Part shown: positions 26,161 to 39,167 of the stretch, piece after piece
Numbering within the stretch: position 1 is the stretch's first letter
How the letters are laid out: every line of letters begins with the position of its first letter
Source of the DNA: Tubiluchus corallicola
Taxonomy: Eukaryota; Animalia; Priapulida
DNA: 48,112 bases
Direction of reading: 5' to 3'
NCBI GenBank assembly: GCA_030141605.1
Contig: JAQGDQ010001308.1
Span: 1 to 48,112, forward strand
Translations under genes and position numbers: made by a program
Notes under the pieces: generated by a model
What the model was told of the DNA's origin: nothing
Databases searched by the model: none
Seen by the model: only the letters and a program-made list of their open reading frames with translations

Positions 26161-26644
26161 CACATTTGGATTGGAAAAAATAAAAAATAATCAGTAAATA
26201 GCTCTATTTCTCACTGGATACCAATACACATAAACACGAAACACATTTGGATTGGAAAAAATAAAAAGATAATCAGTAAATAGCTCTATTTCTCACTGGA
26301 TACCAATACACATAAACACGAAACACATTTGGATTGGAAAAAAATAAAAAGATAATCAGTAAATAGCTCTATTTCTCACTGGATACCAATACACATAAAC
26401 ACGAAACACATTTGGATTGGAAAAAAATAGAAAGATAATCAGTAAATAGCTCTATTTCTCACTGGATACCAATACACATAAACACGAAACACATTTGGAT
26501 TGGAAAAAAATAGAAAGATAATCAGTAAATAGCTCTATTTCTCACTGGATACCAATACACATAAACACGAAACACATTTGGATTGGAAAAAATAAAATAT
26601 AATCAGTAAATAGCTCCATTTCTCACTGGATGAAAATACATAAA
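26161..26644. repeat. 81-83-bp minisatellite, 6 copies
   Basis: CACATTTGGATTGG at 26161, 26242, 26324, 26407, 26490, 26573. Confidence 0.95.
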
Positions 26645-28522
26645 TGCTTTGTTGGGTTGTTGGTAATTTACAATGCATTCTCGATTAAAAATAAAAACGT
26701 TGAACAATTTGCTGCATTATAATAGAAAGTAAACAAATCTTTAAGTAGATGACTGTTTACAATCCTTGATTAGTTTAACGCTCAGTCAGCTCTATGTAAT
26801 CCAAAGTATTTAAAATATTTTGTTCTACCTGTGCATGCAGTTTCCACATCTGTGTTAGGATGTAACTTCAACAAACAATTTAAGGCCGTATTTGTACATA
26901 CTCCACGTACGAGGCTGATGAATGACTCCCCTGGATTATCTCTCAGTCAAAGGTTTTTTTCGTTTGAGTAGCGTCCATGCCGCCGTGACTTTCCACCGGT
27001 GGCCATTGAGTCGTGCGCTTTTGTGTGCTCGCCCCTGTATGCATACCTCATGGGTGGCCCTTTGTGCATGTCATGTCGGAACTATTTCCAATGTCCCACT
27101 GCATGCTGCAAAGGGTTAATTAACTGTCTGCACATGTGTAGGAACTGAATTGTTTGACAAATGCAATTCGGTTTGCTCTTTTAGACACTAGAGTTTATTT
27201 GAATAGGATTCCACTGACCATTGACAATGCCTGTCCGCTTCTGTTACAAATTGTGCACAGAAGAATGGTCACAGCGTGGTGCCTTGAGGAACCACAAGTT
27301 TCGTGTTCTGTGTGTCAAGTTTAAATTCTTTGCATGGCTATCATTGTTTAGTAGGTGTTTAGACTTGCTGACTTCTAGAAAATCGTGGATTCTTTTCCAC
27401 ATACTTTGTAGTGTGAACAATTCTTTGAAGTTTGCCTACATAATACATACTGTGACAAAACTGGACCTATTATTAAAATTTTACCTACATTTTCTTGCAC
27501 GTATGACACTAGAATATAACAAATACAGGCATCATTGTAGCATAACTGTTATTTGCTTAAACTTCCCTCTCTGCTCTTATTAATCAGTTGAACACTATAC
27601 AATCTTTAAATAACATAATATGCATATATTATCATATTTAAAATTATCAAAATAGTAAACGAATATGAAAGCAATATTATAATAATGCAAGTTATAACGA
27701 AAATTATAATAGTTAAGTATGAAAATGTGTTGAAATAATTCTTAATTTTGTAACCTTTTAACAATATATTGTATACAAATGGAAAAATTCACTATTGTGC
27801 TGTAGTACTGTTCAGTAGCTTAACTAAATAAGCTGCTGTGAATAACGTAAAAGGTTACTTAAAAAACTTTGTATATCAGATATCTGTATTTGTAATTGTT
27901 AGTGTGCTAGTATCACTATTAAATATAATTTCTGTGATGTTATACTGAACTTAAACTTTGCATAATTTGTAGTAGAGTCACATTTTCTCTCTTTTGCTGT
28001 TGTTCGTATTTCTTATTCATGAGAATGTCTCTGCTTTTATCCATGCAAGAGTTACAAGCATTAAAATTCATAGGCTTGTTGTGTGCGCGCTGTGCAGGCC
28101 AAAAAAACTGCGGTTATGTTTGGGCAGCGTGAGACCTGGGGCTGTTTTCCTAGCAAATAGAACTGGGTTTACGTTTCTAAATCCAACCATAAGGTGAACA
28201 TTTATATAATTTTCTTACATAACTCTGGGAAACTTTGGCTCAGCCATTTTGCGGCAAGATCACCGCCTGCAGTTTAATATAGGAAAATCAGAAGTAAGAT
28301 GCTTTTCCTTTTACTACCTTTGGTACAGTTCAGAATAGTAAAAGACATCCTGCATCGACAATATGGATTGGTGTGGCTGTACCAGAACCTAACTTGTGGC
28401 TAAGAATAGTCCTGTAAGATCTGATACTCAATTGGCAAAGTTGTTCACTCAACAATCTTCATTGCAATTAGCTACACGAAATGGTTTTACAAGATACGAA
28501 AACGTTTGTTTCAGTTTCTCCT

Positions 28523-28660
28523 GGGTTGGGTGGCTGAGTGGTTTAGATTTCGAATTGCAACAACACGGAGTCTTGAGTTCGATACTAGCGGCTGCCATAC
28601 CCCAGATGTTATTTCTTATTTGTGTGTTGTGTCCTTATGCCTATTGTTGTAAGTGTAAGT
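28523..28660 (+). mobile_element. tRNA-derived SINE head
   Basis: A box TGGCTGAGTGG (28531-28541) and B box AGTTCGATACT (28576-28586) at tRNA-like spacing; no intact cloverleaf. Confidence 0.55.
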
Positions 28661-28710
28661 CACTAAATAGCCATAGTTCTAATGTTTAATGAGCTATGGT
28701 GAATAAGTCT

Positions 28711-28978
28711 TGTCTTTGTATTGGGAATTTATGAAATTTACCAAATTATAAAAACACTGTTGTCATAACCAGGAAAATCGGTAACATGGGTAAACTTTGT
28801 CTAGCTGAAACTGTGCACTACTAACGACCAACTAAGCTACATATGTAATCCTTTTGTCTTTGACTTAGGAATTTATGAAATTTACCAAATTATAAAAACA
28901 CTGTTGTCATAACCAGGAAAATCGGTAACATGGGTAAGCTTCGTCTGGGTGAAACTGTGCACTACTAACGACCAACTA
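28711..28978. repeat. Tandem duplication, 144-bp period
   Basis: ATTTATGAAATTTACCAAATTATAAAAACACTG... at 28727 and 28871. Confidence 0.92.
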
Positions 28979-31473
28979 GTCCAGATATATAATCCTAATA
29001 GGTTTATCATTTCATTGTACAACGTTGTACAAATTCTCACGGTACAAATAATAAAGGAATTGAGGTTTTCTTATTCACCACGTCTCAGCAGTTGTAGCTG
29101 GCGGGGGTAGTTGGTTAGTTGATGTTGTTTATTTTAGACTGAACAATTTAGGAACGATTGGTTATGCTCTTTTGTACGCTGCCTATTGCGTTCATTAGTG
29201 CTGCTGTCGAATTTGACGGCAATTCGGACGGATGATTGTCCGGGCCATGTTATTCTTTCTGTGAGGACTTTTCACCGGCCACTTGCAGGCTTGTTGAGTG
29301 CAGAGAGATAGCCTTCTGGCAATAGCTTCCCTCGCTGTGGGTTGCCAGGTAAGTGGGCGCCGCCAGGATAGGGTATGGGTAGATGCATTCAACTCTGTTT
29401 GGTCTGCTCCCCCTCTTTTGTAGTTTCACTTATTTGTGAAGGGCAAGAAAAGGGATACCTGAAGTAGGTTTCAGAAAAATCGCTTTAAAAATTATATTAC
29501 TTTACAGCATTTTTATGCGTATATCGTATTCGCGTTAAAAAGAATTTTGAATGTCCCACAATGCTGTTCCGAAGTCGCCATTACATGACGTCACCTTCGC
29601 AAACGTAAATCAGAGGAAGAAAAGGAAATGTTAAATTATATCCCAAAAAAAATTATATCTCTACTAGCAAAAAACTGCCTATAAAGCATAACTTTAATTT
29701 ATGCTACCGCTGTATGTTTTTTTTCATAAGCTGAATTAGCCGCCATTCACTTGAAAGAGATGACGTAACTGGTGGACTTTGTGACACTTTGTAAACGCGT
29801 TGTAAGTGCACGGTATTTAAACTATTTCACACTTCTCCAGATTTCTAATGTTCACGCAAAAATATCACAAAATTAGGTATCTACTTTTCGTATAAAAACT
29901 TTTGACGGAAGCTGACGTTAAGCTGATTTATTTCGCCGATAAATGACGTCATTGGTGGAAGAATGGTTGTTCAAAATGTGAGCACCCATTTGAAATGATC
30001 GTGACTTTGAAGTGATTTTGTTAATTACACGAGATGCTTATCGCACTTTTATTACTAGATCCTTCTAACATTTTCACAGGAGATGGCAATAAGCCAAGAA
30101 AACGGTTGCCTTTTCCTTTAATGCAGTCTCACAGGTGTTTGATGTCTGGCTTAATTTCTTTTTGAAGTTTCTGAACATTTTTCTGTTTAAAACTTCCTTT
30201 TGTTCAAAAATTCCTGCAATTTTTTACCATTACAACACTCAGCGGTAGGACCTTCTTAATCGTCAATGTGCACGGTTGTGGCGGCACCGGTATCTCATTT
30301 ACTATTAAGACTAGCTGTTTAAGATGAGGCACTAAACCAGCAAACATATCTTAGCCACGTCAGCATGTGAATACATCCTACATCAGCGAGGTGAACAGCC
30401 AGAATCAGGATGGCAAATAGAACCACCCAGAAGGACTTTTGGTCACAGCAATTATCCACCCATCCATTCACTGACCAGCCTTTGCGTTGCTTGTCTAAAG
30501 CACTCGCCATGACCACTTGGCTAGTCTATTCTTTCCTTAAGTTGTTCTGTTGTAAATATCGTTATAGCATTTTTGAAAACGTCCGATTTAAAAAAGATCT
30601 CCACTATTGTTTCTTTCGTGATTTTCTCAAGCTTACGCGCGTGTCAATCCATCATAGATGACAACTTCATCCCAGTGTTAGCATACACCCGTTAGCCGGA
30701 AGCCATTCTTACCACGTCACGTGACCGAGAAGCCCGGTAGATTTATGGCGAAATCCTCCTGTGTTAATCGGCATTTGTTGAGAGATTACACATGTCCCTG
30801 CAGGCTGGCTGTTGTAAGAGCAACCTGTCTGTCAGTATATTCACCTGTTGTTGAATAATTAGTTCAGAATTTATGAAACAACAAGGTATTGTGGGTAATA
30901 TTCTTTGAATTGAATATATTTTGCCTCATGCGTAAAAGTATATCTCAAATACTTTCCATACAAAGTTATATTACTTTGCATTAAACTTGCCCGTTTAAAA
31001 AACTTATGTAAGATGGCCCTGGCTGGGTCAAACTTCACTGTTTGACTATTCCAGTGTGTACCAAAAACGTCACTGGTTCACCAAAAACATATTATTAATT
31101 CTATTGGTTAGATAAAATAAATTATATTTTTCATTTAGTGACGTATGCTGCGCATGCTCAGGTTATTTTTAAGGTTTATGCAATGTTATCTAAACTTGTT
31201 TCAAACGACTTACCGTCAAAATGGCTGCGTTTAACGATCATCACGGGAGTTTAAATTTACATATTTTATACAGCGTTCCTGTCGACGCAGGCTTTGTATG
31301 CAATAAAATAGCATGTAGGTGGTACAAAAATTATTTGTACATATGCTTCCAGAGAATTTACAGTCCACAGTCAAGCAAAGGTAGGACTGAAGCATTTAAT
31401 TACAACCTTGATCAAAATGAATGATTTATTTTAAAAAAATTGCAACTAACTCAGTTTAAATGTAATAATTATA

Positions 31474-31800
<327 letters not shown>

Positions 31801-32291
31801 ATTCGACAGTTTTGCATGTGTCTCAGTGAACTGGCAGTTCTTCCACATCTGGAGATGCACTCCTAACTCAAGATTTCATTTAATAACCGGAACTGTGGCT
31901 TAGACAACACTCTGCTGGTTATTGTAGTTGTAGTCATCCCTACTCGACGACTCGCGAGCCTGCCATTGCAGATGTCATTGTTTACCGTTCGCGCTGCAAA
32001 TTGCGACTCATTGTTGCCCGAGCACTCGAGCCATCCTGTCAGCGAGTAGATGGAGTGTGGTCTCGATGGTCCTCCGGAGGAGGCAACAATGGATGATATC
32101 CAGCACGAGTGCATTTCAAGACACCTTGATTGTTTAAATGTTACGTCGTCTTGCTACTCATTAAATCTCCGCTGCTAAGATTAGCGCCTCTAGTGGCGGG
32201 TGCAGTAAACAAAATTAAATCGCTCGACATTTGCAATTGCAGTGGGGTGCGAGTAGAGTCATTTGACAGAGAAATGTTACAATGTTTGCTG

Positions 32292-32315
32292 GTCACGTGA
32301 CGGTTGCCTAGTAAC
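32292..32315. promoter_or_regulatory. Adjacent GTCACGTGAC E-box palindrome and RFX X-box-like GTTGCCTAGTAAC
   Basis: Motif matches at 32292-32301 and 32303-32315. Confidence 0.35.
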
Positions 32316-32354
32316 GCTTAATATTTTTATAGGAGCATTTTTGCACGATTATCA

Positions 32355-32755
32355 TTCTTTCTAAGAAACGTTTTAAAGATAAGATGACAGTACATAACCA
32401 AAAATTAAGATTTATTCGCCAGAACGAAAGAGAATTTCTTAAAGTTCAAAAGTCAAGATCCGAAGATTAAGATGGCTAGGAGATCTTCTAAGATTACCAA
32501 ATGAAGTAACAGTAAGAATCGCCTTAAAGGAAGCCTTAAGACCTTGAAAAAACCACCTGCAAACCAAAAACAACTTGGATATCTGAGATAAATAAAGATG
32601 TTCAACAACTTCAACCAAATCTATCTTTAAAAGTCAACCAAATCTATCTTTAAAAGTAGAAGGATTTACATTGTTAGCTGCAGATGGGAGTGGGTGGAAT
32701 GCTCTAACAAATGTTGATGACTCAGTATCTACAATAGATGGAATGAGATTTTGAA
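32355..32755 (+). mobile_element. Decayed RTE-clade LINE, ORF2 3' fragment
   Basis: Translates with stops and frameshifts as FLRNVLKIR*...KVKIRRLRWLGDLLRLPNEVTVRIALKEAL...KPKTTWISEINKD...LAADGSGWNAL; homologous to the fragment at 44750-45269. Confidence 0.8.
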
Positions 32756-32764
32756 GAAAAATCT

Positions 32765-33248
32765 TTCTAAATAATAGATTAAAAATTAACTAATGGCAGA
32801 CTAGCCAAACTATTGATGACATCACAAACTAACATAATTTTCAACAGCAAAAATATTCCACGAGCGCGTTGCACGTGTTTGCGAAGCGAAAATTGAAGTA
32901 CAGTGTTACTGTAAGATATTCAGTGTGTTGTACTAATACTAGGAAAGTTTTAAGATAAAAATTCAAATTTCACATTTGCCGCAGTGCTCGTGCATGAGAT
33001 GTCGAACGCGTGTAGTTCATCACAAATTAACACTTTTGAACGGAGAGGTACAGCACCTGCTTTTTGCACAATGCGTTTTCGAAATGTAGGCGCTAGTGCC
33101 CGTCTAATTATCGAAAGGCGAAATGCATGTAACAGTGAAGAACTAGTGGCGCGAACGCGAAATTGTGTTTGTGTGGTAATAATTCTTTCACGTAAGTCAA
33201 TTTTGAAAAAAGTAGCATGTTTCCTTTCAATATTTTAAAGAGTAGATT
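32765..33248 (-). mobile_element. Family A, copy 2 (inverted; TTAA end missing)
   Basis: Reverse complement aligns with ~16323-16800. Confidence 0.75.
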
Positions 33249-33364
33249 ATTTTGACCTACAGTTTAAGATTGGGTCCGGTTTTGCTTTAAATGCTGGATT
33301 CCAGCTCATAGTATTATTAACCTTATAGTATTGTTATTTATCTCAGTTTACATGTGTTCGTTTC

Positions 33365-33724
33365 TGACGTACTACACATGTTCGACAGCTCATGCGTGAG
33401 CACAGTGGTAAATTTGAAATTTGAATTTTTACCTTAAAACTTGCCTAGTTTTTGTACAACACACTGAATATTTTACAGTAGCACTGTACTTCAATTTTCG
33501 CTTTCGCAAACACGTGCAACACGCTCGTGGAATACTTTTGCTGTTGAAAATTATGTTAGTTTGTGATGACATCAATAGTTGGGCTCGTCCGCCGTTAATT
33601 AAGTTTTTAATCTATTATTTAATTAGCAGAAACGCCTTTGCAGTATTAATTGTGTTAAAATGTATACTTTTGACGGACTTGAAAATGGGGTAGGATCTTG
33701 AAAAATCATCCTGTCTTCCTTTAA
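33365..33724 (+). mobile_element. Family A, copy 3 (3' part)
   Basis: Ends AAAATCATCCTGTCTTCCT|TTAA. Confidence 0.75.
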
Positions 33725-34718
33725 AAGCCAGACTCCAGCTTATAGTATTGTTAAGCTGTATCATATACTGCTTCGAAAATGATCAATTTCTACGGATCTG
33801 TATGAAACGGATTTCAGAGGAGTTTTTTTTTTCGAATCACCCCGTGTCGCTCGTTTTCCTCCGTAATAGCCTGCCTGATTCAGCAGCGATGTGTGCAGCA
33901 AGTTGGATGTGGCATTGATGAGGAAGAGGCTGAGGATAAGGAAGATGCTGCCCACTTCAACTGTTCTAATTGCTGTCTTGAGTGGGACGCATTTGTTCTG
34001 CCGGCATCTCTAATTATGTTTACTCAGGGAAGCTGCGGCGGTAGTCAGTTTATTGAATGTCCTGCAAGTCTTCTCACACCCGTTCTGTTGTTCACATGCG
34101 TTTAATAAAGGTTTGTTCACACCAAGAGAGAAAACGTCGCGATGATTTCGCGTCACCGTTTGTTATTTCAGCATGGTGCGTGTGTGCAAAGAATGGATGA
34201 TATTAACTGCATTTTCAAGTTCTCACCACAGAGCTGCTTCTCTGTGAAGTTTACATATGTCAATAGAGGCAAGGTAGTCTAACTGCTAACACAGTCTGAC
34301 GATTTTTACCAGAGTTTGAAGTGCCTGTTAAGCCTCCACTGGCTTAAGCATAAGCCTCTACCCTTCTTAATTATGTGTTTTACCCAAATCTTTCAAGAAA
34401 AGCATAAAATTTGCACTGCAGCAGTCAGCACTCTCTGGAGCAATGTGAAAAAATTAACTTATCCACTGATCTGCAAGCTTAATCTTTCGTATACATTCTG
34501 TTGATCTATATTTGTTACGTACATTTTTTATGAACTTAAGCAACCGTAATATATACTAACTCCGAGGTTGTAGTTTAGAGACATTTTTCCAAGTTTGTTT
34601 TAATTTAATATTAATCTTTTTTTATATAAAAAAAGAATAAATAAGTTTCTCATCTTCTTTATAATATGTATTTAATTTATTTATGTGTTTATATATATAT
34701 ATATTATATATTAAAGCT

Positions 34719-34756
<38 letters not shown>

Positions 34757-34917
34757 TCTTTAATCCTTAATCTAGTTTATTAGTCTCCTGTATAGTAAAG
34801 CATCGCCAGCTCTGCACAGTGCTTGCATCGGTGAGCACAATCAGATAAAAATATTCGACTTTGCAACTCAACATTAAGGGTCTTTCCCTAGCCCAAACTG
34901 CAAAGGGTAGGAACGTA

Positions 34918-35125
34918 GCAACACGCTCGTGGAATATTTATGCTGTTGAAAATTATGTTAGTTTGTGAGGTCATCAATAGTTGGGCTTGCCCGTCTTTAA
35001 TTAAGTTTTTAATCTATTACTTAATTATCAGAAATGCTTTTGCAGTATTAATTGTATTAAAATGTGTACTTTTAAAATACTTGAAAATGAGGTAGTATAT
35101 GAAAAATCATCCTGTCTTTCTGTAA
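34918..35125 (+). mobile_element. Family A, copy 4 (short 3' fragment)
   Basis: Closely matches 33517-33724. Confidence 0.75.
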
Positions 35126-35308
35126 AGGGTACCAATTTCATGTTTCTTTCTTATCAGTAGTTTCTTATCACATGATACTTACATTAATCAGCATTGTTTT
35201 ATCTCTAGTGTCGCCATCTAGTGAAATTATCATTGAACTAGCACAGGCTGAATAGGAATTGCAGGTTCATTCTTTTTAACATTGAGTAAAAGTATGAATT
35301 GTTTCCCT

Positions 35309-36200
35309 CTTACGACATGTTCTCACACGCACCTCTTTTGACTTGCTTTCGCAGAGTCTCTAAATCCCTCTTATGATTTCATTTTATCCAAGATTGTTGA
35401 CTTTCGGCCATAGTTAGCAAGAAAAGCGTGGCTGCACTCGTCAACAACGCCGCCAAGTGGCTGTTTTTTGCATCAACTCCTTGTTGATGGAAATTCTGAA
35501 CAACTGGACAAGATGTTTCGCATTACACTCGATGGCCGTCCACAACCTTCTCTAGTGGACTCTAGTGGACAATTGAAGACGAGGGTAAGGACTCCATAGG
35601 TGCCATTCAACGCAGCTTGATCTGTCCAGAATGGTAGTCCGGTTGCTAGGACCTGGCATTGGTTATCGAGTCTGAAAGAGCCTCTTCAAATTCGGGGAAT
35701 GATTTGTATTCGGCGCTGTATATTAAGAGCCCACTTGAAGAATTCACATCTGCGCCATGTATTGAAAACTTCCACATCTCCAGCGCGTATTACACAACGC
35801 CCTCTTGAGAGTATTACGAGGTATTAGGGCGTTGACAGTACCCACCCTTTCCCACCCCATTATTGATACACCAATTAGACGGGGTAGTGGACAATGGGCT
35901 ACACGGCGGAGCGCTCGGGGGCTCTGGGCACCACAGATGGCGTTAAACAATTGGGCAAACAAGTCGTTAGATTGTACAAGCATTAGACAAATACAGTCAG
36001 AGCAATTAGTGGAATTAGGTATTCATAGCTGGATGCTGGGATAAGAGTACCTAGGTGTGTGTGTGTGTGCTATGGTTTACCTGTTCATTGTTCAATAGTC
36101 ACCTGTAATCTGTGCTTGATACATTCATTATACCTGTTATTAGCAGCTTGGCTGAAAGAAATTGATACGGTACTGAATAACTGATTCAGGTCAGAGGTCA
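35309..36200 (+). mobile_element. Highly decayed Gypsy-type LTR retrotransposon 3' end (integrase GPY/F region, possible PPT and LTR)
   Basis: Same-frame LTTCSH..SLNPSYD (35309-35377) and DKMFRITLDGRP (35507-35542) recall the Gypsy pattern L.TCSHVF..PLQPPYDGP..DK.F.L..NGR; G-run at ~35917 precedes a TG. Confidence 0.45.
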
Positions 36201-36599
36201 TCTGCCCCCCCTGTTGGCGCGCATGCCAAGAGTTTGGAGGTGCAAAACTTTGCGCTGCTAAAATGTATAGATATTTGATGACACGCTTTCTTTAATCATG
36301 CGTCTACGTTGCAAAGCGTTTCAAGTCTTCCTAACGCTTTTATGTTCAATGCTAGAATGACGATTCTGTCACATCAACGTGTGAAATGGCAAAAGTGAAC
36401 CAGAAAATGCATAAGCAACTTTCAAACCTAAAGTATTGCTATGTTTTGCTTTTCTGCTGGTTTATAATGCAAACAATAGTCTACACATTTCACAAGTAAT
36501 AAATAAAAGTCAAGCAGGTAAAATTGTTCATTGATGAAATATGGTTAACATTTATTATTAACGGCTTCGTTTAGTTTTTTATGTAGCCTGCAAACGGTG

Positions 36600-37296
36600 T
36601 AGTGTGATAGTAGTAGGGGTAGTGGTAGTGGTAGTAGTAGTAGTAGCAGTAGTTGTTATAGTAGTGATAGTGGTAGTAGCAGTAGTAGTAGTAGTAGTAG
36701 CAGCAGCAGCTGCTGCTGTTGCACTAGTAATAGTAGTGGTAGTGGTAGTATCGGTGGGCGTAGCGATAGTGCTAGCGCTAGTGGTAGTAGTGGTAGTAGT
36801 AGTAGTAGTAGTAGTAGTAGCAGTAGCAGCGGCAGCAGTAGTAGTGCCGGCGGCGGCGTTGGTGGTAATAGTGGTGGTATCGGTAGAGGCAGTAGTAGTA
36901 GCTGTAGTAGTAATAGTAGTAGTAGTAGTAGTAGTAGTGTAGTAGTAGTAGTAGTAATAGTAGTAGTGGTGGTGGTGTTGGTGGCGGCGGCGGTGGTGGT
37001 GGTAGTGGTGGTATCGGTAGTGGTAGTAGTAGTAATAGTAGTGGTAGTGGTGGTATCGGTAGTGGTAGTGGTAGTAGTAGCGGTAGTAATAGTATCGGTA
37101 GTGGTAGTAGTAGTAGTAGCAGCAGCAGCAGCAGTAGTAATAGTAGCGGTAGTGGTAGTAGTAGTAGCAGCAGCAGCAGCAGCAGCAGTAGTAGTGCCGG
37201 CGACAGCGGCGGTGGTGGTAGTAGTAGCTGTAGTAATAATAGTAATAGTAGTAGTAGTAGTGGTAGTGGTAGTATCGGTAGAGGCAGTAGTAGTAA
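36600..37296. repeat. Compound (GTA/GTG/GCA/GCG)n trinucleotide microsatellite
   Basis: Seen directly; source of the poly-T/Y/V/L pseudo-ORFs. Confidence 0.95.
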
Positions 37297-37357
37297 TTTA
37301 TTGACAAAGATTATCTTGTTACTGGGAGTGAGACATGTTTCTATCACATTATATTAG

Positions 37358-37826
37358 CTGCCGCAAAAACCTGATTTCGTTTTCCCTCGGCCAGTTCTTC
37401 ACTATTACATGCATTTCGTCATTCAGTAGTTAGATGGGCACTAGCGCCTGTAGCTCTGAATCGGTTGCCCAGAAAAGCAGGTGCTGTACCCTGTTCAGAG
37501 GTTTTCGGTTGTGACGCACACGTACGAAAATATAACGGTAAATTTGAAATTTGAATTTTAAACTTAAAATTTCACAAGTTTGTATACCAGATCGAATGTT
37601 GTACAGTAGCACCGTACTTCAATTTTGGCTTTCGCAAACACGTGCAACACGCTCGAGGAATATTTTTGTTGTTGAAAATTATGTTAGTTTGTGACGTCAT
37701 CAATATTTGAGCTCACCTGCCGATGATTAATGCATTGTTATTATTATATGTCTCAAAATGTGTACTTTTTAGCGTATTTCAAAATTGGATATAATATGAA
37801 AAATCGTCCAATTTTTCTTCTTTTAA
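37358..37826 (+). mobile_element. Family A, copy 5
   Basis: Aligns with ~16395-16891 (TAGTTAGATGGGCACTAG, TTGAAATTTGAATTTT); ends in TTAA. Confidence 0.75.
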
Positions 37827-38800
37827 CAGAGATACAAATGTAGTCATTATTGTGATTCTCTTGTATGCCACAGGTGGCGTCGATGAAGCTGTTTCGTCAC
37901 GTGATCATCGCCAGTTGTTTATCAATCTCATTTTCTTGCCAGACTTAGAGTAAAACGCCCGTTTCGTGCGCCAACCACTAAACCGTTTAATTACGAAGCT
38001 GAATAGTTTTAATTTTTACTGGAGTGTTTGTTCTTAAATGGTAGATTCGACAGTCCATCTCCGGGGGTGATTGTTGTCCTGAACGGCTATTATTCGGTTC
38101 TGTTTTCTTTCTGACACGACCGTCAATGCCTCGGCGTGAGTGCGCTCACGTAGCATTGTGCCAGGCAAAAACGAGAATAAAGCCTGGCTAGATTAGCCGG
38201 CATTTGGCATTGATAGCTGAGCAGAAATATGCTAAACGCTTGTCAAGACCAGGCCGGGGGTTGGAGTTGACATGCCTAATCGGTTTTGGAGGGAGGCCCA
38301 AGAGGGTGGGGTTGTGTGGGGGGTAGCAAGCCCCGAGTTGTATTGCCGCGGAATCATTCACTGCATTTTCTGAATTTGAAGTTCTTCGGTTGAAATAATC
38401 GGCGGCGGTGACGGCAACAGCGGTGATGATGGCGCTAGTAATTAATGGAGTTTGTCATTCACTCTTTTCTTTATTCATTCCTTCATTCATTCATTCATGT
38501 CGTCGTTTTTTCATGTCTTTATTCATTCGTTCTATTATTCATTCATTCACTCCTCCACTGATTAATTCATTTGTTTGCTTATTTACCATTTTTTGTTCTA
38601 CTTGTTTGGCTAAGAAATTTTCCATTCACTCATTCAAGTATTCGTCTTGAAAGAACTTTGCATAATTAAGACTTTCTGCGTTTTCTCTTGCTGCCTGAAT
38701 CAAAATGGAATGTCCTTCCCCACTGTGTTGCTGTCGCCGTTGTCTTCGTTACCATCATTGTCGTAATGGATCTGTAAAGTTTCAGAATTGGTTTGAGCCG

Positions 38801-38958
38801 TTTACCAGTATGCACCATGCTTATCATTTCTGCTTAATTTTTCATTTCTTTTTTACCAGTATGCACCATGCTTAACATTTTTGCTCAAATTTTCATCACA
38901 TTTTACCAGTATGCACTATGCTTAACATTTTTGCTCAAACTTTCCATCTCTTTTACAG
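38801..38958 (+). repeat. ~50-bp tandem x3 overlapping the 3' splice site
   Basis: TTTACCAGTATGCAC at 38801, 38852 and 38902; the array runs into TTTTACAG|G. Confidence 0.9.
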
Positions 38959-39135
38959 GTGTAGTCAATCAGCTACCCGCTTCCGGATCCGGCATGGGAA
39001 ATCAGATGAGACAGAATCCGACCGGAGGATGGGGCGGTGCAAACTACGGCCCACCCCAGCGTGATTTTCAGCCGCAACCCCTAATGGGGGGGTACATGCC
39101 AGCAGCAGTCCCGAGATATGAGTCGAGGAGAGAAG
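38959..39135 (+). CDS. Internal coding exon (177 nt, phase 1-1) of a gene with a low-complexity G/P/Q/R/Y C-terminus
   Basis: ttttacag|GT...GAAG|gtatgt; xVVNQLPASGSGMGNQMRQNPTGGWGGANYGPPQRDFQPQPLMGGYMPAAVPRYESRRE; joins the next exon in frame. Confidence 0.85.
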
Positions 39136-39167
39136 GTATGTAAAATGTTGTCTGTAAAGAGCCGAGT

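Noticed and set aside
27105-27119. piggyBac-like end ...AAAGGG|TTAA
   Set aside because: No matching TTAA|CCC partner terminus found nearby.
28523-28597. tRNA gene
   Set aside because: A and B boxes are present but the stems do not pair into a cloverleaf; treated as a SINE head.
29199-29354. Coding exon ending at a strong CAG|GTAAGT donor
   Set aside because: The better acceptors give stops in all frames; the only open version (45 nt) lacks a pyrimidine tract.
31221-31424. ORF starting in AAAATGGCTGCG (MAAF...)
   Set aside because: No good donor and no recognisable peptide; the sequence is equally a YY1 motif.
36579-37347. Mucin-like poly-Thr/Tyr 242-aa ORF and overlapping ORFs
   Set aside because: Compound trinucleotide repeat open in several frames, without credible exon boundaries.
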